Notes: generated from the letters alone by a model not told the origin. Positions 41,598 to 51,620 are shown, counted from the first letter of the stretch. The stretch is DNA of 64,000 nucleotides from Myxococcota bacterium (GCA_965140415.1 OZ223209.1:3712001-3776000); one strand, 5' to 3'. Made by a program: numbers and translations.

Positions 41598-43148
41598 ATG
41601 GAAACACAGCCCAACGTCATTATGCTCGCAATCGACTGCCTGCGCTCCGATCGCATTCTGGCAGCCGAGCGAAGTTGCAAAACACCCAATATCGACCGCC
41701 TGGTGCAGCAGGGAGCATCGCTGCCCAACGTCTTCGTGGAAAACAGCATCACCGCGCCCTCATTTACTTCAATGTTTACAGGGCGTTACGCAGGAAACCA
41801 CGGCGTAATCGGCATGGTGGGCGTCAAGATGAACGAGGAAATCCCCACCCTGGCTGAAATCTTTGCGATGAATGGCTATGAAACCTACGCCGAAGTCACC
41901 GGGCCGCTAAACCCGATTTTAGGCGTGGATCGCGGCTTCTCGCATTACCATTTCCGAAGTCAGCACGACTATTTCTTCGGCGAGTGGGGCCAGAACCTGC
42001 TGAAACAATTGAAGAATGACGAATTTGATGGTCCCTATTTCCTGCTGGTGCATTTTTGGGAAGCGCATGTCCCGCGCCAGGTTCCGGAACGTTTTGACTC
42101 CGAAGAATTTGGAGCGACTCCGTATGATCGCTCGATTTCTGCGCTGGATAGCTACATCGGGCAACTGCTTGAAGCGGCGGGAAACGACACGGCGATCATT
42201 TTAACCGGCGATCACGGCGAAGCCATCGGCGAAGTGCCCCCAGAAGGCACCCTATTGCATTATTTCTTATACAAGCTAAATCTGCCGCCGGTATCCGAAG
42301 GCATGGCCGAATCCATCGACGACGTGACCGACTTGATGGCCGAAGAACCTCGCCTGCATCAATTCGCCAAAGATATTTCCAGGCAATACGACGATGGCGC
42401 GAAAAAGCTGGGCATCTGGCAGCGTTTGAAAATGATGGCGACCTTATTCATGATTGGAATGGCGCGCTACCGCATTCAGATGAAAAAGGGCGTGCGCGGC
42501 GGTTTCTTTAAAAACCTCAAGCAGAAAATCACCGATATGATGCTATTCTTTGCCGTGCTGCGCGGCAAAACCGATGCCGCCCAGGTTCAGATGGTGCGAA
42601 ATTCGCTGGAAGAACACAAACTGCAACACGGTTATCATATTTACGATTACCTGCAACGGGTGCCGATCGTCTTCTGCCACAAAGAGTTCTTCCCCGCCGG
42701 GCGGCGTGTCGAAGCTGACGTGCGGCATATCGATTTATTGCCGACACTGATCGACGCCTTCAAGCTTGAAGCGCCGGAAGATGCCGTTTTCGACGGCGCC
42801 AGCTATTTCCCGTATATCGAAGCAGGCGAAGGAGAAGATCGCCCGGTATACCTGGAAGCTCGTGGCGGGGCACAGGCGGAAAAAGTCTTTTTGATTCGCG
42901 GCGTGCGTCGCAAAGGATACAAAATCGCCTACGCTCCGCATGAAGCAAAGGCACCTGTTGAATGTTATAACCTGCAAGCCGATCCGCTGGAAATGCAGAA
43001 CGTAAGCGAATCCGACGCGCAGACTCCGGCGCTGCGTGAAGAAGCGGAGCAGATTTCCGGCAGTTTCTGTGCCGGTGCGGGAGGCACGTTGTCCGCCCGT
43101 GAAAACATGGAAATGGTCAAAAAACTGAAAAGCCTTGGATATATGTAA
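41598..43148 (+). CDS. Sulfatase-like hydrolase/transferase (alkaline phosphatase superfamily, no CxPxR motif)
   Basis: PNVIMLAIDCLRSD, TPNIDRL, TAPSFTSMFTG, H..EAH.P, TGDHGE, HG...QRVPI; ends LKSLGYM. Confidence 0.85.
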   Translation: METQPNVIMLAIDCLRSDRILAAERSCKTPNIDRLVQQGASLPNVFVENSITAPSFTSMFTGRYAGNHGVIGMVGVKMNEEIPTLAEIFAMNGYETYAEVTGPLNPILGVDRGFSHYHFRSQHDYFFGEWGQNLLKQLKNDEFDGPYFLLVHFWEAHVPRQVPERFDSEEFGATPYDRSISALDSYIGQLLEAAGNDTAIILTGDHGEAIGEVPPEGTLLHYFLYKLNLPPVSEGMAESIDDVTDLMAEEPRLHQFAKDISRQYDDGAKKLGIWQRLKMMATLFMIGMARYRIQMKKGVRGGFFKNLKQKITDMMLFFAVLRGKTDAAQVQMVRNSLEEHKLQHGYHIYDYLQRVPIVFCHKEFFPAGRRVEADVRHIDLLPTLIDAFKLEAPEDAVFDGASYFPYIEAGEGEDRPVYLEARGGAQAEKVFLIRGVRRKGYKIAYAPHEAKAPVECYNLQADPLEMQNVSESDAQTPALREEAEQISGSFCAGAGGTLSARENMEMVKKLKSLGYM

Positions 43149-43155
43149 AGGGGGA

Positions 43156-44544
43156 ATGATCGTGAGTAAACTCGTTGTAATCGGGCTGGATTGTGCCGCA
43201 CCGCAACTGATGTTCGAAAAATGGACCGACCGGCTGCCCAATATCAAGAAGCTGATGGATAATGGCCAGTACGGCAACCTGCGTTCGACCGAGCCGCCGA
43301 TCACCGTTCCGGCCTGGACGGCGATGATGACCAGTAAAGATCCCGGTACGCTCGGATTCTACGGTTTCAGAAATCGCGCGGAGTATAACTACGATGCGCT
43401 CTTTTTCGCCAACGCTAACGCGGTAAAGGAAAAGACGGTCTGGAATTACCTGTCGCGCAAGCGACTGAGTTCGCTGTTACTGGGCATTCCCCAGACCTAT
43501 CCGCCCAAGCCGTTACGCGGCTTGATGGTCAGCAGCTTTTTAACGCCGTCCAAAGACGTGCAGTGGACGTACCCGGCGGAAGCGGCCAAGGAAGTGGACG
43601 CCGCTGCAGGCGGGGACTACATTATCGATGTAAAGGATTTCCGCACCAACAAAAAGGAATGGCTGCTGGAGCAGATCATCGAAATGACGAAGCGTCGCTT
43701 TAAGGCCTTCCGTGGACTGTTGAAGAAAGACTTCGATTTCAACATGATGGTCGAAATGGGTACGGATCGTATTCACCATGCCTTCTGGCGTTTCATGGAT
43801 ACCAACCATCGGCTTTACAAACCGGGCAATCCCTTCGAGCACGCCATCCGCGACTATTACGAACTGATCGACCGCGAAATCGGTGAAACGCTTCAAGGCG
43901 TACCGGAAGACGCCACGGTCATGATCGTGTCGGATCACGGCGCGAAAACAATGGTGGGTGCCATCGCCATCAACGAATTCTTTATCAAGGAAGGATTGCT
44001 CACGTTGAAGCAGCGTCCCGAAAAACCGGGGCGCATGACGATGGACATGGTCGATTGGGAAAAGACGAAGTGCTGGGGAGAAGGCGGTTATTACAGCCGC
44101 ATCTTCTTTAACGTCAAGGGGCGCGAACCGCAGGGGCAGATCGACCCGGCGGATCTTCCCGCTTTCCAAAAGGAACTGATCGCCAAGCTGGAAGGCATCT
44201 GCGACGAAAACGGCAACAACATCGGCACCAAGGTGCTGATCCCCCAGGAAGTGTACGCAAAAGTCAACGGCATCGCGCCGGATCTGATCGTGTATCTAGG
44301 CGATCTGGACTGGCGCTCGGCGGGTTCGGTCGGTCTGGACTGCATCCATCTTTACGAAAACGACACCGGTCCCGATGATGCCAACCACGCCAAAAACGGA
44401 GTCGTGGTCATCAGTCCGGCTAATGGTCGCGCGACGCGCGGAGGCGGGCAATACTCCATTTACGATATCGCCCCGACCATTCTCGATCACTTCGGAATCG
44501 CCGTTCCGAAAGACATGAAGGGGAAAAGCCTGTACGCTTCATAA
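43156..44544 (+). CDS. Type I phosphodiesterase / nucleotide pyrophosphatase family protein
   Basis: VIGLDCA, PPITVPAW, DPG.LG.YGF, DRIHH.FW, VSDHG, GPDDANH. Confidence 0.88.
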   Translation: MIVSKLVVIGLDCAAPQLMFEKWTDRLPNIKKLMDNGQYGNLRSTEPPITVPAWTAMMTSKDPGTLGFYGFRNRAEYNYDALFFANANAVKEKTVWNYLSRKRLSSLLLGIPQTYPPKPLRGLMVSSFLTPSKDVQWTYPAEAAKEVDAAAGGDYIIDVKDFRTNKKEWLLEQIIEMTKRRFKAFRGLLKKDFDFNMMVEMGTDRIHHAFWRFMDTNHRLYKPGNPFEHAIRDYYELIDREIGETLQGVPEDATVMIVSDHGAKTMVGAIAINEFFIKEGLLTLKQRPEKPGRMTMDMVDWEKTKCWGEGGYYSRIFFNVKGREPQGQIDPADLPAFQKELIAKLEGICDENGNNIGTKVLIPQEVYAKVNGIAPDLIVYLGDLDWRSAGSVGLDCIHLYENDTGPDDANHAKNGVVVISPANGRATRGGGQYSIYDIAPTILDHFGIAVPKDMKGKSLYAS

Positions 44545-44608
44545 TCCATTCATGCCTAATGGACTGAGCATAAGTTAGAACCAAGATAGCAGGAGAGGAG
44601 AGATCATC

Positions 44609-45175
44609 ATGGCGAAAGGATTTACGCTGTGGTTTTCCGGTATGGCGGGTTCGGGTAAGACCGAACTGGCAGAAACGGTGGAAGGCAACCTGTTGGAACG
44701 CGGACTGGATGTGGAGTTTTTAGACGACACGATGCTGCGCGAGGATTTCGGCAACGAATTGGGTGAGGCTCCGGCGGGATTCGAGGAACTGGCGCTAAGA
44801 GCGGGTAGATTGGCGAACCTGCTGACTCGCAACGGCGTTCCGACTTTGATCGCCGCACACGCGCCACTTCGAGAACAGCGCGAGACCAACCGGCAGTTGA
44901 TCGGGGATTTCGTAGAAGTATATTGCAAGCGCGAGTTGAGCGCCTGCCAGGAATCGGCGGGAGATGACGCCCTGTTTGCCACTGTGTTTGAGGAGCCGGA
45001 GCGCCCGGAAATCCTGGTCGAAATCGACGAGGAAGACCCGGAAGAAGCGGCGCAGAAGATCATCCATACCTTGACGTTGCTGGGTAAACTGGACAGCGGC
45101 GAGAGCGAGAGCGAATACTCGCAGGATGAAGAGGAAAAGATCAAAAAACGCTTGAAGGATCTGGGTTATATTTAG
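44609..45175 (+). CDS. Adenylyl-sulfate kinase-like protein (degenerate)
   Basis: GFTLWFSGMAGSGKT P-loop, LLTRNG, FVEVY, FEEP..PE; lacks the RDxKGLY..FTG lid; ends LKDLGYI. Confidence 0.75.
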   Translation: MAKGFTLWFSGMAGSGKTELAETVEGNLLERGLDVEFLDDTMLREDFGNELGEAPAGFEELALRAGRLANLLTRNGVPTLIAAHAPLREQRETNRQLIGDFVEVYCKRELSACQESAGDDALFATVFEEPERPEILVEIDEEDPEEAAQKIIHTLTLLGKLDSGESESEYSQDEEEKIKKRLKDLGYI

Positions 45176-45229
45176 ACCTGTTCATACCAGATTAGTACGG
45201 TTTTTCTACTCCGTCGCCTACGCGCAGGA

Positions 45230-45326
45230 TGTGGCATGGTCTCACGGAATGGAAATTCCGGGAGGCCCTGTATCGATGCAAGAAAGCACACAGCCTCCTC
45301 ATCTTCGAAGGCGATACTATGGCACA
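45230..45326. repeat. ~100-bp TIR-bounded dispersed element, copy 1 (most degenerate)
   Basis: TGTGGCATGGTCTCACGGAATGGAAATTCCGGGAGGCC...ACTATGGCACA; similar to copies at 46784 and 53831. Confidence 0.8.
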
Positions 45327-45375
45327 ACTTATTCTAATCCATGGGTAAAGACGAGAACAATAGTAGGGAGTTTCG

Positions 45376-46680
45376 GTGATGAAGTGGTTTAGTAAAAAGA
45401 AAGCCAAACCCGGCAAGGTCATGGTTGTGGGGTTAGACGGCGTTCCCTGTTTTCTGCTGAAGAAATTTATTGCGGAGGGAGTTACCCCGAATATCGCGCG
45501 AATCACCAAGGGTAAAGCTCCCACCCGCATGCAGGTGGTATATCCCGAAATCAGTTCGGTAAGCTGGCCCAGTTTCATGACCGGCGAAGATCCGGGCGGT
45601 CACGGCGTGTTCGGCTTTACGGATTTTCGGCCCAATTCCTACGACGTGTTTTTCCCCGGTTACGCCGACGTGCAGGCCAAGACGATCTGGGAGAAGCTGG
45701 GCGAGCAGGGAAAGCGCTCCATCGTCATCAACCAGCCCTCTACCTACCCGGCGCGTAAACTGGAAGGCGCGTTGATCAGCGGCTTCGTAGCGGTGGAGTT
45801 GATCAAGAGCGTGACCCCCAGCAAGTACCTGGGTGCGTTAAAGCGCATGAAATATGAAACCGATATCGATTTGGAGAACGCGCGTAAAAACGCGGACGTG
45901 CTCTTTGCGCAACTCGATCAAACTCTGAAGACACGCGAAGCCGCCTACGAATTGCTGCGCGAGCGCGAAGAATGGGATTACTTCGAGGTGGTCGTCACCG
46001 GAACGGATCGGCTGCAACATTACCAGATGCACGCCGTGCTGGACCCGTTGCAGGAAAATCACGAACGCGCCATCGATTACTACCGCAAGGTGGATGCCTT
46101 CGTCGGCAAGATGTTCGATAACTACTGCGCGGATACCGGCACCGACGGCGAGAACTTCATCATGCTTTCCGATCACGGTTTTACGCAGATCAAAAAAGAG
46201 GTCTACGTCAATAGCTGGCTGGAGGAAAACGGCTATCTTTCCTTTAGCGGCGATGGACGGCAGATCAAAGACATCGACCCGCAGAGCCGTGCTTTCGCGC
46301 TGGACCCGGGCCGCATTTACCTGCACCGCAAGGGACGTTTTCCCAACGGCTGCGTGAATGACGAGCAGGCCCCGGTGCTGTTGAAGGAAATTTCCGACAA
46401 GCTGAAAACCCTGCAACATGAAGGCGAACCGATCATCCAGGATATTTTCACGCCCGAGCAGGTTTACCATGGACCGTATGTGAAGCAAGCGGCGGATCTG
46501 ATCGCCTGGTCGCATTGGGGCTACGATCTCAAGGCGGCGACGTCGCAGGGCGAAGTCGTTCGCGACACCGATCTGACCGGCATGCACACACAGGACGATG
46601 CCTTCCTGATCGCGGGTGACGCCTTTGAAGACGGCGTCCACATCACGAAACTGGCGGAATGGATTTTAGGAAAGTATTGA
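45376..46680 (+). CDS. Type I phosphodiesterase / nucleotide pyrophosphatase family protein
   Basis: VVGLDGVP, PEISSVSWPSFMTG.DPG.HGVFGF, TDRLQH, LSDHGF, LDPGRIY, TGMHT. Confidence 0.88.
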   Translation: MMKWFSKKKAKPGKVMVVGLDGVPCFLLKKFIAEGVTPNIARITKGKAPTRMQVVYPEISSVSWPSFMTGEDPGGHGVFGFTDFRPNSYDVFFPGYADVQAKTIWEKLGEQGKRSIVINQPSTYPARKLEGALISGFVAVELIKSVTPSKYLGALKRMKYETDIDLENARKNADVLFAQLDQTLKTREAAYELLREREEWDYFEVVVTGTDRLQHYQMHAVLDPLQENHERAIDYYRKVDAFVGKMFDNYCADTGTDGENFIMLSDHGFTQIKKEVYVNSWLEENGYLSFSGDGRQIKDIDPQSRAFALDPGRIYLHRKGRFPNGCVNDEQAPVLLKEISDKLKTLQHEGEPIIQDIFTPEQVYHGPYVKQAADLIAWSHWGYDLKAATSQGEVVRDTDLTGMHTQDDAFLIAGDAFEDGVHITKLAEWILGKY

Positions 46681-46711
46681 GAACCATCCAACTTGTTTGA
46701 AATGCACCTGC

Positions 46712-46742
46712 AATCCCGGGCTTCGGCTCGGGATTTTTGTTT
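46712..46742 (+). terminator. Intrinsic terminator
   Basis: AATCCCGGGC-TTCG-GCTCGGGATT followed by TTTGTTT. Confidence 0.75.
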
Positions 46743-46783
46743 ATAGCTTCTATTACGCATTTTTACTGATCGTGTAATCTGTG

Positions 46784-46884
46784 TGTGCCATGGTCTCACA
46801 GAATGGAAATTCCGGGAGGCCGTGTGTATCTTATTGAAAGCACACAGCCTTCCACGATCTTCGATCGCGTAAGACTATGGCACA
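46784..46884. repeat. ~100-bp TIR-bounded dispersed element, copy 2
   Basis: TGTGCCATGGTCTCACAGAATGGAAATTCCGGGAGGCC...GATCTTCGATCGCGTAAGACTATGGCACA. Confidence 0.85.
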
Positions 46885-46922
46885 AATTCTTGGAATTATA
46901 AGCCAATAATGACTAATACTTT

Positions 46923-47684
46923 TTACGCCTTCTCCACCAAGATTCCAATCGCTTCACTCGCCAGCGCATAACCGAAGATACCCGGCATGCAGATCAGGCT
47001 TGGTAGGCGTCGGCGCTTGCGCCCGCGTTGCATGAAGTCTTCGCTGTCATCCGGCTCGAAGGTTTCACCGCGCGGTTCGATGGAATACACCGCCCGGATG
47101 CCGGTGCGAATGCCGAAGCGGCCCAAACGCCGCCGCACGACGCGTGCCAGCGGGCAGATCGTGGTTTTGGACAGGTCGTCGATGCGCAACTTGGAGGGAT
47201 CGCTACGGCCCGAGGCCCCCATGCTGCTCACCGTGGCGATATGGTTCTCGACGCAGTATTTCAATAGCATCACTTTGGGCAGTACGCCGTCGATGGCGTC
47301 GATGACGAGATCCGGTTGTCCGTCCAGTAATTCCGCCGCGCTGTCTTCATGCATGAACGCGATACGGGTTTCGACCTGGGTTTGTTGGCAGATGCGGCCA
47401 ATCCGTTCCGCCAGCACTTCGGTTTTGGGGCGTCCGATATCCTCGACGGTGGCTACCGCGTTGCGGTTCAGGCTGGAAGCGGTTACCGGGTCGAAGTCGA
47501 TCAGGCGCAACTTGCCTACTCCCGAGCGAGCCAGCGCCATCGCCGCGTGACTGCCTACGCCGCCAAGCCCCACGACCACCACAAAGGAGGAACGCAGGCG
47601 TAAAAAGGCCTCTTCGCCCAACTGGTCGATGGAGCGGGTGAATACGGCCAGTGGATCAGCTAAGGCGGAAGAGTTCGCGGGCAT
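46923..47684 (-). CDS. tcdA: tRNA threonylcarbamoyladenosine dehydratase (ThiF family)
   Basis: VVGLGGVGS, LARSGVG, DFD.V..S.LNR, DAID, SSMGA, CPLARVVR, VYS.E. Confidence 0.85.
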   Translation of the reverse strand: MPANSSALADPLAVFTRSIDQLGEEAFLRLRSSFVVVVGLGGVGSHAAMALARSGVGKLRLIDFDPVTASSLNRNAVATVEDIGRPKTEVLAERIGRICQQTQVETRIAFMHEDSAAELLDGQPDLVIDAIDGVLPKVMLLKYCVENHIATVSSMGASGRSDPSKLRIDDLSKTTICPLARVVRRRLGRFGIRTGIRAVYSIEPRGETFEPDDSEDFMQRGRKRRRLPSLICMPGIFGYALASEAIGILVEKA

Positions 47685-48423
47685 TGGCCGTGGTCCTTTC
47701 GGCGATGGTTTCGATGGGTTCGTTTCGGATCTCAGCCAGTGATTGTGCGATATCGGCAATGTGCTGCGGCTCTACCTGCTCCGGCAAGACGCCATCCAAT
47801 CCGATACTGGGAGCGTCGGTTTCCAGCAGGATGCGCTCCATGGGAGCAAGTTGGGCGGAGCGGCGTGGACGCTTGGCCTTGGGACGCGTAATCGCGCCTC
47901 CGAAAGCAACGTACAGTCCCAGATCCAGGAATCGTTGCAGCAGTTGCGGTCCGCGTGAAAAGGCGTGGACGACGCCGCGCAGGCGGGGAGCGTATTCGGA
48001 AAGAATCGAGATCAGTTCTTCAAATGCGCCCCGGCAGTGCAATAGCACAGGCAGATCCAACTCCACCGCCAGATCCAGTTGAGCGCGTAGAATCTGCTCC
48101 TGACGTCTCCGGTCCACCTTCTCGATTTTATAGTCCAGCCCGATTTCCCCGACTGCAACAGCCTTGCAGGCCAATAGTCGCTGCCGGAGAGAATCGCTAT
48201 GTAACGCCTCTTCTGCGACCCAGGGGTGCAACCCAAATGCAGGATGAATGCCGTTGTGATTTTGCGCCAGTTCTTCAATCGACTCCCAGCTTGCGAGATC
48301 GTAGGCCGGAAGCACAATGTCGTGTACACCGCGCGCTAAAGCACGGGACAGAACACCGGGAACGTCCAGGCATAGCGGCTCGAAATTCAAATGACAGTGC
48401 GTTTCAATGAAGAACATGTTCAA
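47656..48423 (-). CDS. tatD: TatD family hydrolase
   Basis: THCH, GLHPW, AVGEIGLD, LHCR, HAFS, LETDAP. Confidence 0.9.
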   Translation of the reverse strand: MNMFFIETHCHLNFEPLCLDVPGVLSRALARGVHDIVLPAYDLASWESIEELAQNHNGIHPAFGLHPWVAEEALHSDSLRQRLLACKAVAVGEIGLDYKIEKVDRRRQEQILRAQLDLAVELDLPVLLHCRGAFEELISILSEYAPRLRGVVHAFSRGPQLLQRFLDLGLYVAFGGAITRPKAKRPRRSAQLAPMERILLETDAPSIGLDGVLPEQVEPQHIADIAQSLAEIRNEPIETIAERTTANARELFRLS

Positions 48424-48444
48424 GTCCGTTTGTTTTGGCTTCGC

Positions 48445-49899
48445 TCAGGCGCTCTCGGCGCTCGCGCTATCATCCGAAGAGGAACCGTCGCTGGTGCGCT
48501 GAATGATGCCTTTAAACAGCAGAATCAACACCGGGCTGCTTATCGCGGTCAGGCCGATGATGCCCCAGAACATGAACGGATCCTGGGGGCCTTCTTTGGG
48601 CGCGTATGCCGGGAGCAGCCAGGCTTGCAAACCGGCGACCAGGGGTTTACTGGCGAACCAGGGGAGAATCGACAGGCTCATGTAGGAGCCTTCGCGGCCC
48701 TTGGGCGCAATGGAGGCGGTATACTCGAACAGGCGCGGCGACCAGATGCCCTCGCCGATGGTGAAGATGATCGTGAAAAGAATCAGCGGGATGTACCAGG
48801 GATGCAGGGCACCGTCCACGGAGAGCAGAAACGCCAGGCCTGTGCCGATCCAGCTATTGGCGATAAAGGTGAACGCCTCGCCGGGAATGCAGAGAATGAA
48901 CACGGAAAGCGCGGAGATGATCGAACCGATTACGATCATTTTGAAGGAGGAAATCTTCTGTGTCAACGCACCGATAAAGGGCACGAACAGCACGATGATC
49001 AACGGGTTGAGCACCCCCCAGGCGGTGCCGAATTTTGCACCTTCACCGATGTAGCGTTCTGCAAACGGTGGCAGGGAATAGTGCATGTGGTAGAACACGC
49101 TCTTCACGCCGATCAGGAAGGTCAGGAAAAGGATAAAGAGCCAGAACTGCTTTTCGCGCACCACCTCGACGAAAATGCGCGCCGGATTCTCCGCTTTTTT
49201 CGCTTCCTTGGCAGCCGTGATTTCGCCGGTATCTTCATCGACCGTGATGCCGCGCCGAATGAAGAGTTGAATCACGATCAGTCCTACCACGGTAATCAAA
49301 CCCGAGAGCAGAAAGAGAAACTGAAACTGGGTCATGGTGTGGCCAACGAAACTGACGCTGCCGCCCCAGTTCTTGACCAGTTCCCGGATCATATCGAAGC
49401 CCCAGCCGCCGATGGCATAGCCGACGTTCATCAGCACGTAAAACAGGGAAAACGCCATGGAACGCTGATTTTTATCGGTGTAGCGGCGAATGGCGGCGGC
49501 AACGACCGGAGACATCAGCGCCATGCCGACGGCGATCGGGCCGAGACCGATGATGATGGCGCCTAAATAGTCCTGATCGAATGCGATGGCCAACCGCCCG
49601 AAGACACAGAAGGCATAGCCCAGCCAGAATGAACGTTTGATGCCCAGTCCATCGGTCACCATTCCGGCAGTGGTCATCATGGCCGAGAGAATCATGCCCC
49701 AGACCATCAAGGTATACGCCGCGCTCTCGTCCGACTGGCTCAGGTCTTCGGTCAGCCACAGCATCAGGCTGAATTGCATGAAGGTATAGGCGATGTACTC
49801 CAGAATGTTGATGGCGTAGACCACCCACAATTCGCGTGGGGCGGTTCTTAAAATGGTGAACTTGTCCTTGAAGTCAGCCCACTTTTCCGACAAACCCAT
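48445..49899 (-). CDS. MFS transporter, POT/peptide-transporter-like (paralogue of the 10390 gene)
   Basis: Multiple TMs; FY..MNVG, GEGIWSPRLFEY...APKGREG.Y. Confidence 0.85.
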   Translation of the reverse strand: MGLSEKWADFKDKFTILRTAPRELWVVYAINILEYIAYTFMQFSLMLWLTEDLSQSDESAAYTLMVWGMILSAMMTTAGMVTDGLGIKRSFWLGYAFCVFGRLAIAFDQDYLGAIIIGLGPIAVGMALMSPVVAAAIRRYTDKNQRSMAFSLFYVLMNVGYAIGGWGFDMIRELVKNWGGSVSFVGHTMTQFQFLFLLSGLITVVGLIVIQLFIRRGITVDEDTGEITAAKEAKKAENPARIFVEVVREKQFWLFILFLTFLIGVKSVFYHMHYSLPPFAERYIGEGAKFGTAWGVLNPLIIVLFVPFIGALTQKISSFKMIVIGSIISALSVFILCIPGEAFTFIANSWIGTGLAFLLSVDGALHPWYIPLILFTIIFTIGEGIWSPRLFEYTASIAPKGREGSYMSLSILPWFASKPLVAGLQAWLLPAYAPKEGPQDPFMFWGIIGLTAISSPVLILLFKGIIQRTSDGSSSDDSASAESA

Positions 49900-50165
49900 T
49901 GCCTGTTCTCCTTGGCTTGAATGTGACCGGATTCCGTTATCCGGATGGCGAGTTATAGCACGGAGAGACAGCCCTGCCAAGCCAAACAGCTACTTCGCAC
50001 TATATTGCCAACCTGTCTGACTTCGGTGTGGTACGGGCTAAGCCGTTGGCTTGTCCGTGTTAAAGAACGACATGGGCAAGCTTCGTTTCTCTTCGCTTCG
50101 CCCATGCCACCCATTTTGACAGTCAGTCGTAATAATTCGTAACACACCAAAGTTAAACAACAAGT

Positions 50166-51290
50166 TCACTTTTTCTCGAACTCCAGCGCGTCGATGCGAT
50201 TGCGATGGTAGGAGGACCACAGCGCCATCACCGGGTTGTGTCCCAAGACGCGATCCTTGACGACCAGGGTCGTGACCGGCGCTTTGCTGTGAGTGGTGAA
50301 CAGAATGTCGTGACCCAGACACAATCCCAAAATGACATTCAACTGAGTACCACAGTCGTTGAACACGCGGGCCTGACCCACCGGGTTACAACTGATGTCG
50401 TGTTCGCGTTCGGCATGTAAAAGCGGCAGGCCAAGCTCACGCTTGTCGATTCCACCCAGTTTGCAGCAGGCCGAAACGACTTCGACGTGTTTTCTAAGAA
50501 CGCGGTCCACTTCGCGAGCCTCGCGTTGCAGTCCGACGCAAAACGCCAATCCGATTTTCTGAATGTTCATCCTGTGGCAGTAGTGGATCAGTTCTTCCAG
50601 TCGAGTCAGTTTGCCATAGCCTTGTGACTCGATACCTGCGGCGCACTGCATGATTTCCTGTACCGCTGGGCGCAGCATGGCGGCGCGCATTTCCGGTCGC
50701 AATTCCAGGCAATCCTTGCCCGAGTAGCATTCCTTCTTCCCGCATTGCGCACACTTCTGCTGCTTGGATTCTCGATCCGCCTTGGCTTCCCGTTCGGCGG
50801 ACTTCGACGTTTTTTTGTGAGCTTGGGTCGCATCATGCTGCGCCATGCGCTCTCCGATCCAGCCATTTGCCGAATCGGGAAAGGCGTCGATGTGCGGCAC
50901 ATAAGGCTTGATATCCAATAGCGGGGTACCATCGACCATATCCACCCCGGCAATGAGCAAACGGTTTCCATCAATGGATAACAGTCGAACGGTAGTCAGC
51001 CCGATGGCATTGGGGCGACGAGGACTGCGGGTGGCGAAGAGTCCGCGTGTGTTATCGTCGAGATAAGGTGTGGTTTCAAGGCGATAGCCGCGCGACTCGG
51101 TCAGGGCGGTTATCAGGGTTATACGCTCGAAGCCGTCCAGATCCTTCAAGCCATCCGCGAAATCCTCGTACAGTTCGATTTCGCCTTCGGAATCGGGTAG
51201 CAAAGCTCCCTGGATGGGGGCGTCCTGCTGGCTTTTGAAGTTGGTGTGGATGATGCCGATCGGTTGATAACTGACGGATAACAAGGACAT
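50166..51290 (-). CDS. trmO: TrmO/TsaA tRNA methyltransferase fused to a DUF1847 Cys-rich domain
   Basis: PIG.IH, GLFATRSPRRPNAIGL, D.VDGTPLLDIKPY; then TRLEE, GLAFC.GL, CCK, CNP.GQA, GLCLGHD.LF..SKAPVTTLVVKDRVLGHNP. Confidence 0.85.
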   Translation of the reverse strand: MSLLSVSYQPIGIIHTNFKSQQDAPIQGALLPDSEGEIELYEDFADGLKDLDGFERITLITALTESRGYRLETTPYLDDNTRGLFATRSPRRPNAIGLTTVRLLSIDGNRLLIAGVDMVDGTPLLDIKPYVPHIDAFPDSANGWIGERMAQHDATQAHKKTSKSAEREAKADRESKQQKCAQCGKKECYSGKDCLELRPEMRAAMLRPAVQEIMQCAAGIESQGYGKLTRLEELIHYCHRMNIQKIGLAFCVGLQREAREVDRVLRKHVEVVSACCKLGGIDKRELGLPLLHAEREHDISCNPVGQARVFNDCGTQLNVILGLCLGHDILFTTHSKAPVTTLVVKDRVLGHNPVMALWSSYHRNRIDALEFEKK

Positions 51291-51410
51291 GGGTAACCTC
51301 CCGCAAGCACGTGAACGACTAGAGTGCAAACCAAATCGCTTCGGCAAATTGCCGTGGTTGGCAGTTTCGCACCGTTAGCAGGTGAGATCAAGTCCTTATG
51401 TTAAGAAAGT

Positions 51411-51620
51411 CTAACTTTCCTGTTTTTCGGCTGCGGCTCGTTGGCGTTGCTCGTCGGGGGTGCCGTGACGGGTGAACTCCCAGATCAGGCACATGGTGCG
51501 ATAGCGGCAGTAAAGAGTCGGATCCTGACATTTCAGGCAATCATCGCAAAGATAGCGGCTGTACTTTGCGCAGAAGTGGTTGGCCTCTTTATCCGGATGA
51601 TTCGCGCAGAAGTTGGGCAT
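51411..51620 (-). CDS. Small B-box-like Cys/His metal-binding protein
   Basis: CANHPD....FCAKY...LCDDCLKCQDP..YCRYR..C.IW; SD-like AAGGAAG upstream. Confidence 0.65.
   Translation of the reverse strand: MPNFCANHPDKEANHFCAKYSRYLCDDCLKCQDPTLYCRYRTMCLIWEFTRHGTPDEQRQRAAAEKQES

Noticed and set aside
48391-49566. 391-aa plus-strand ORF (also 33405-34499)
   Set aside because: Antisense shadows of well-supported transporter/operon genes.
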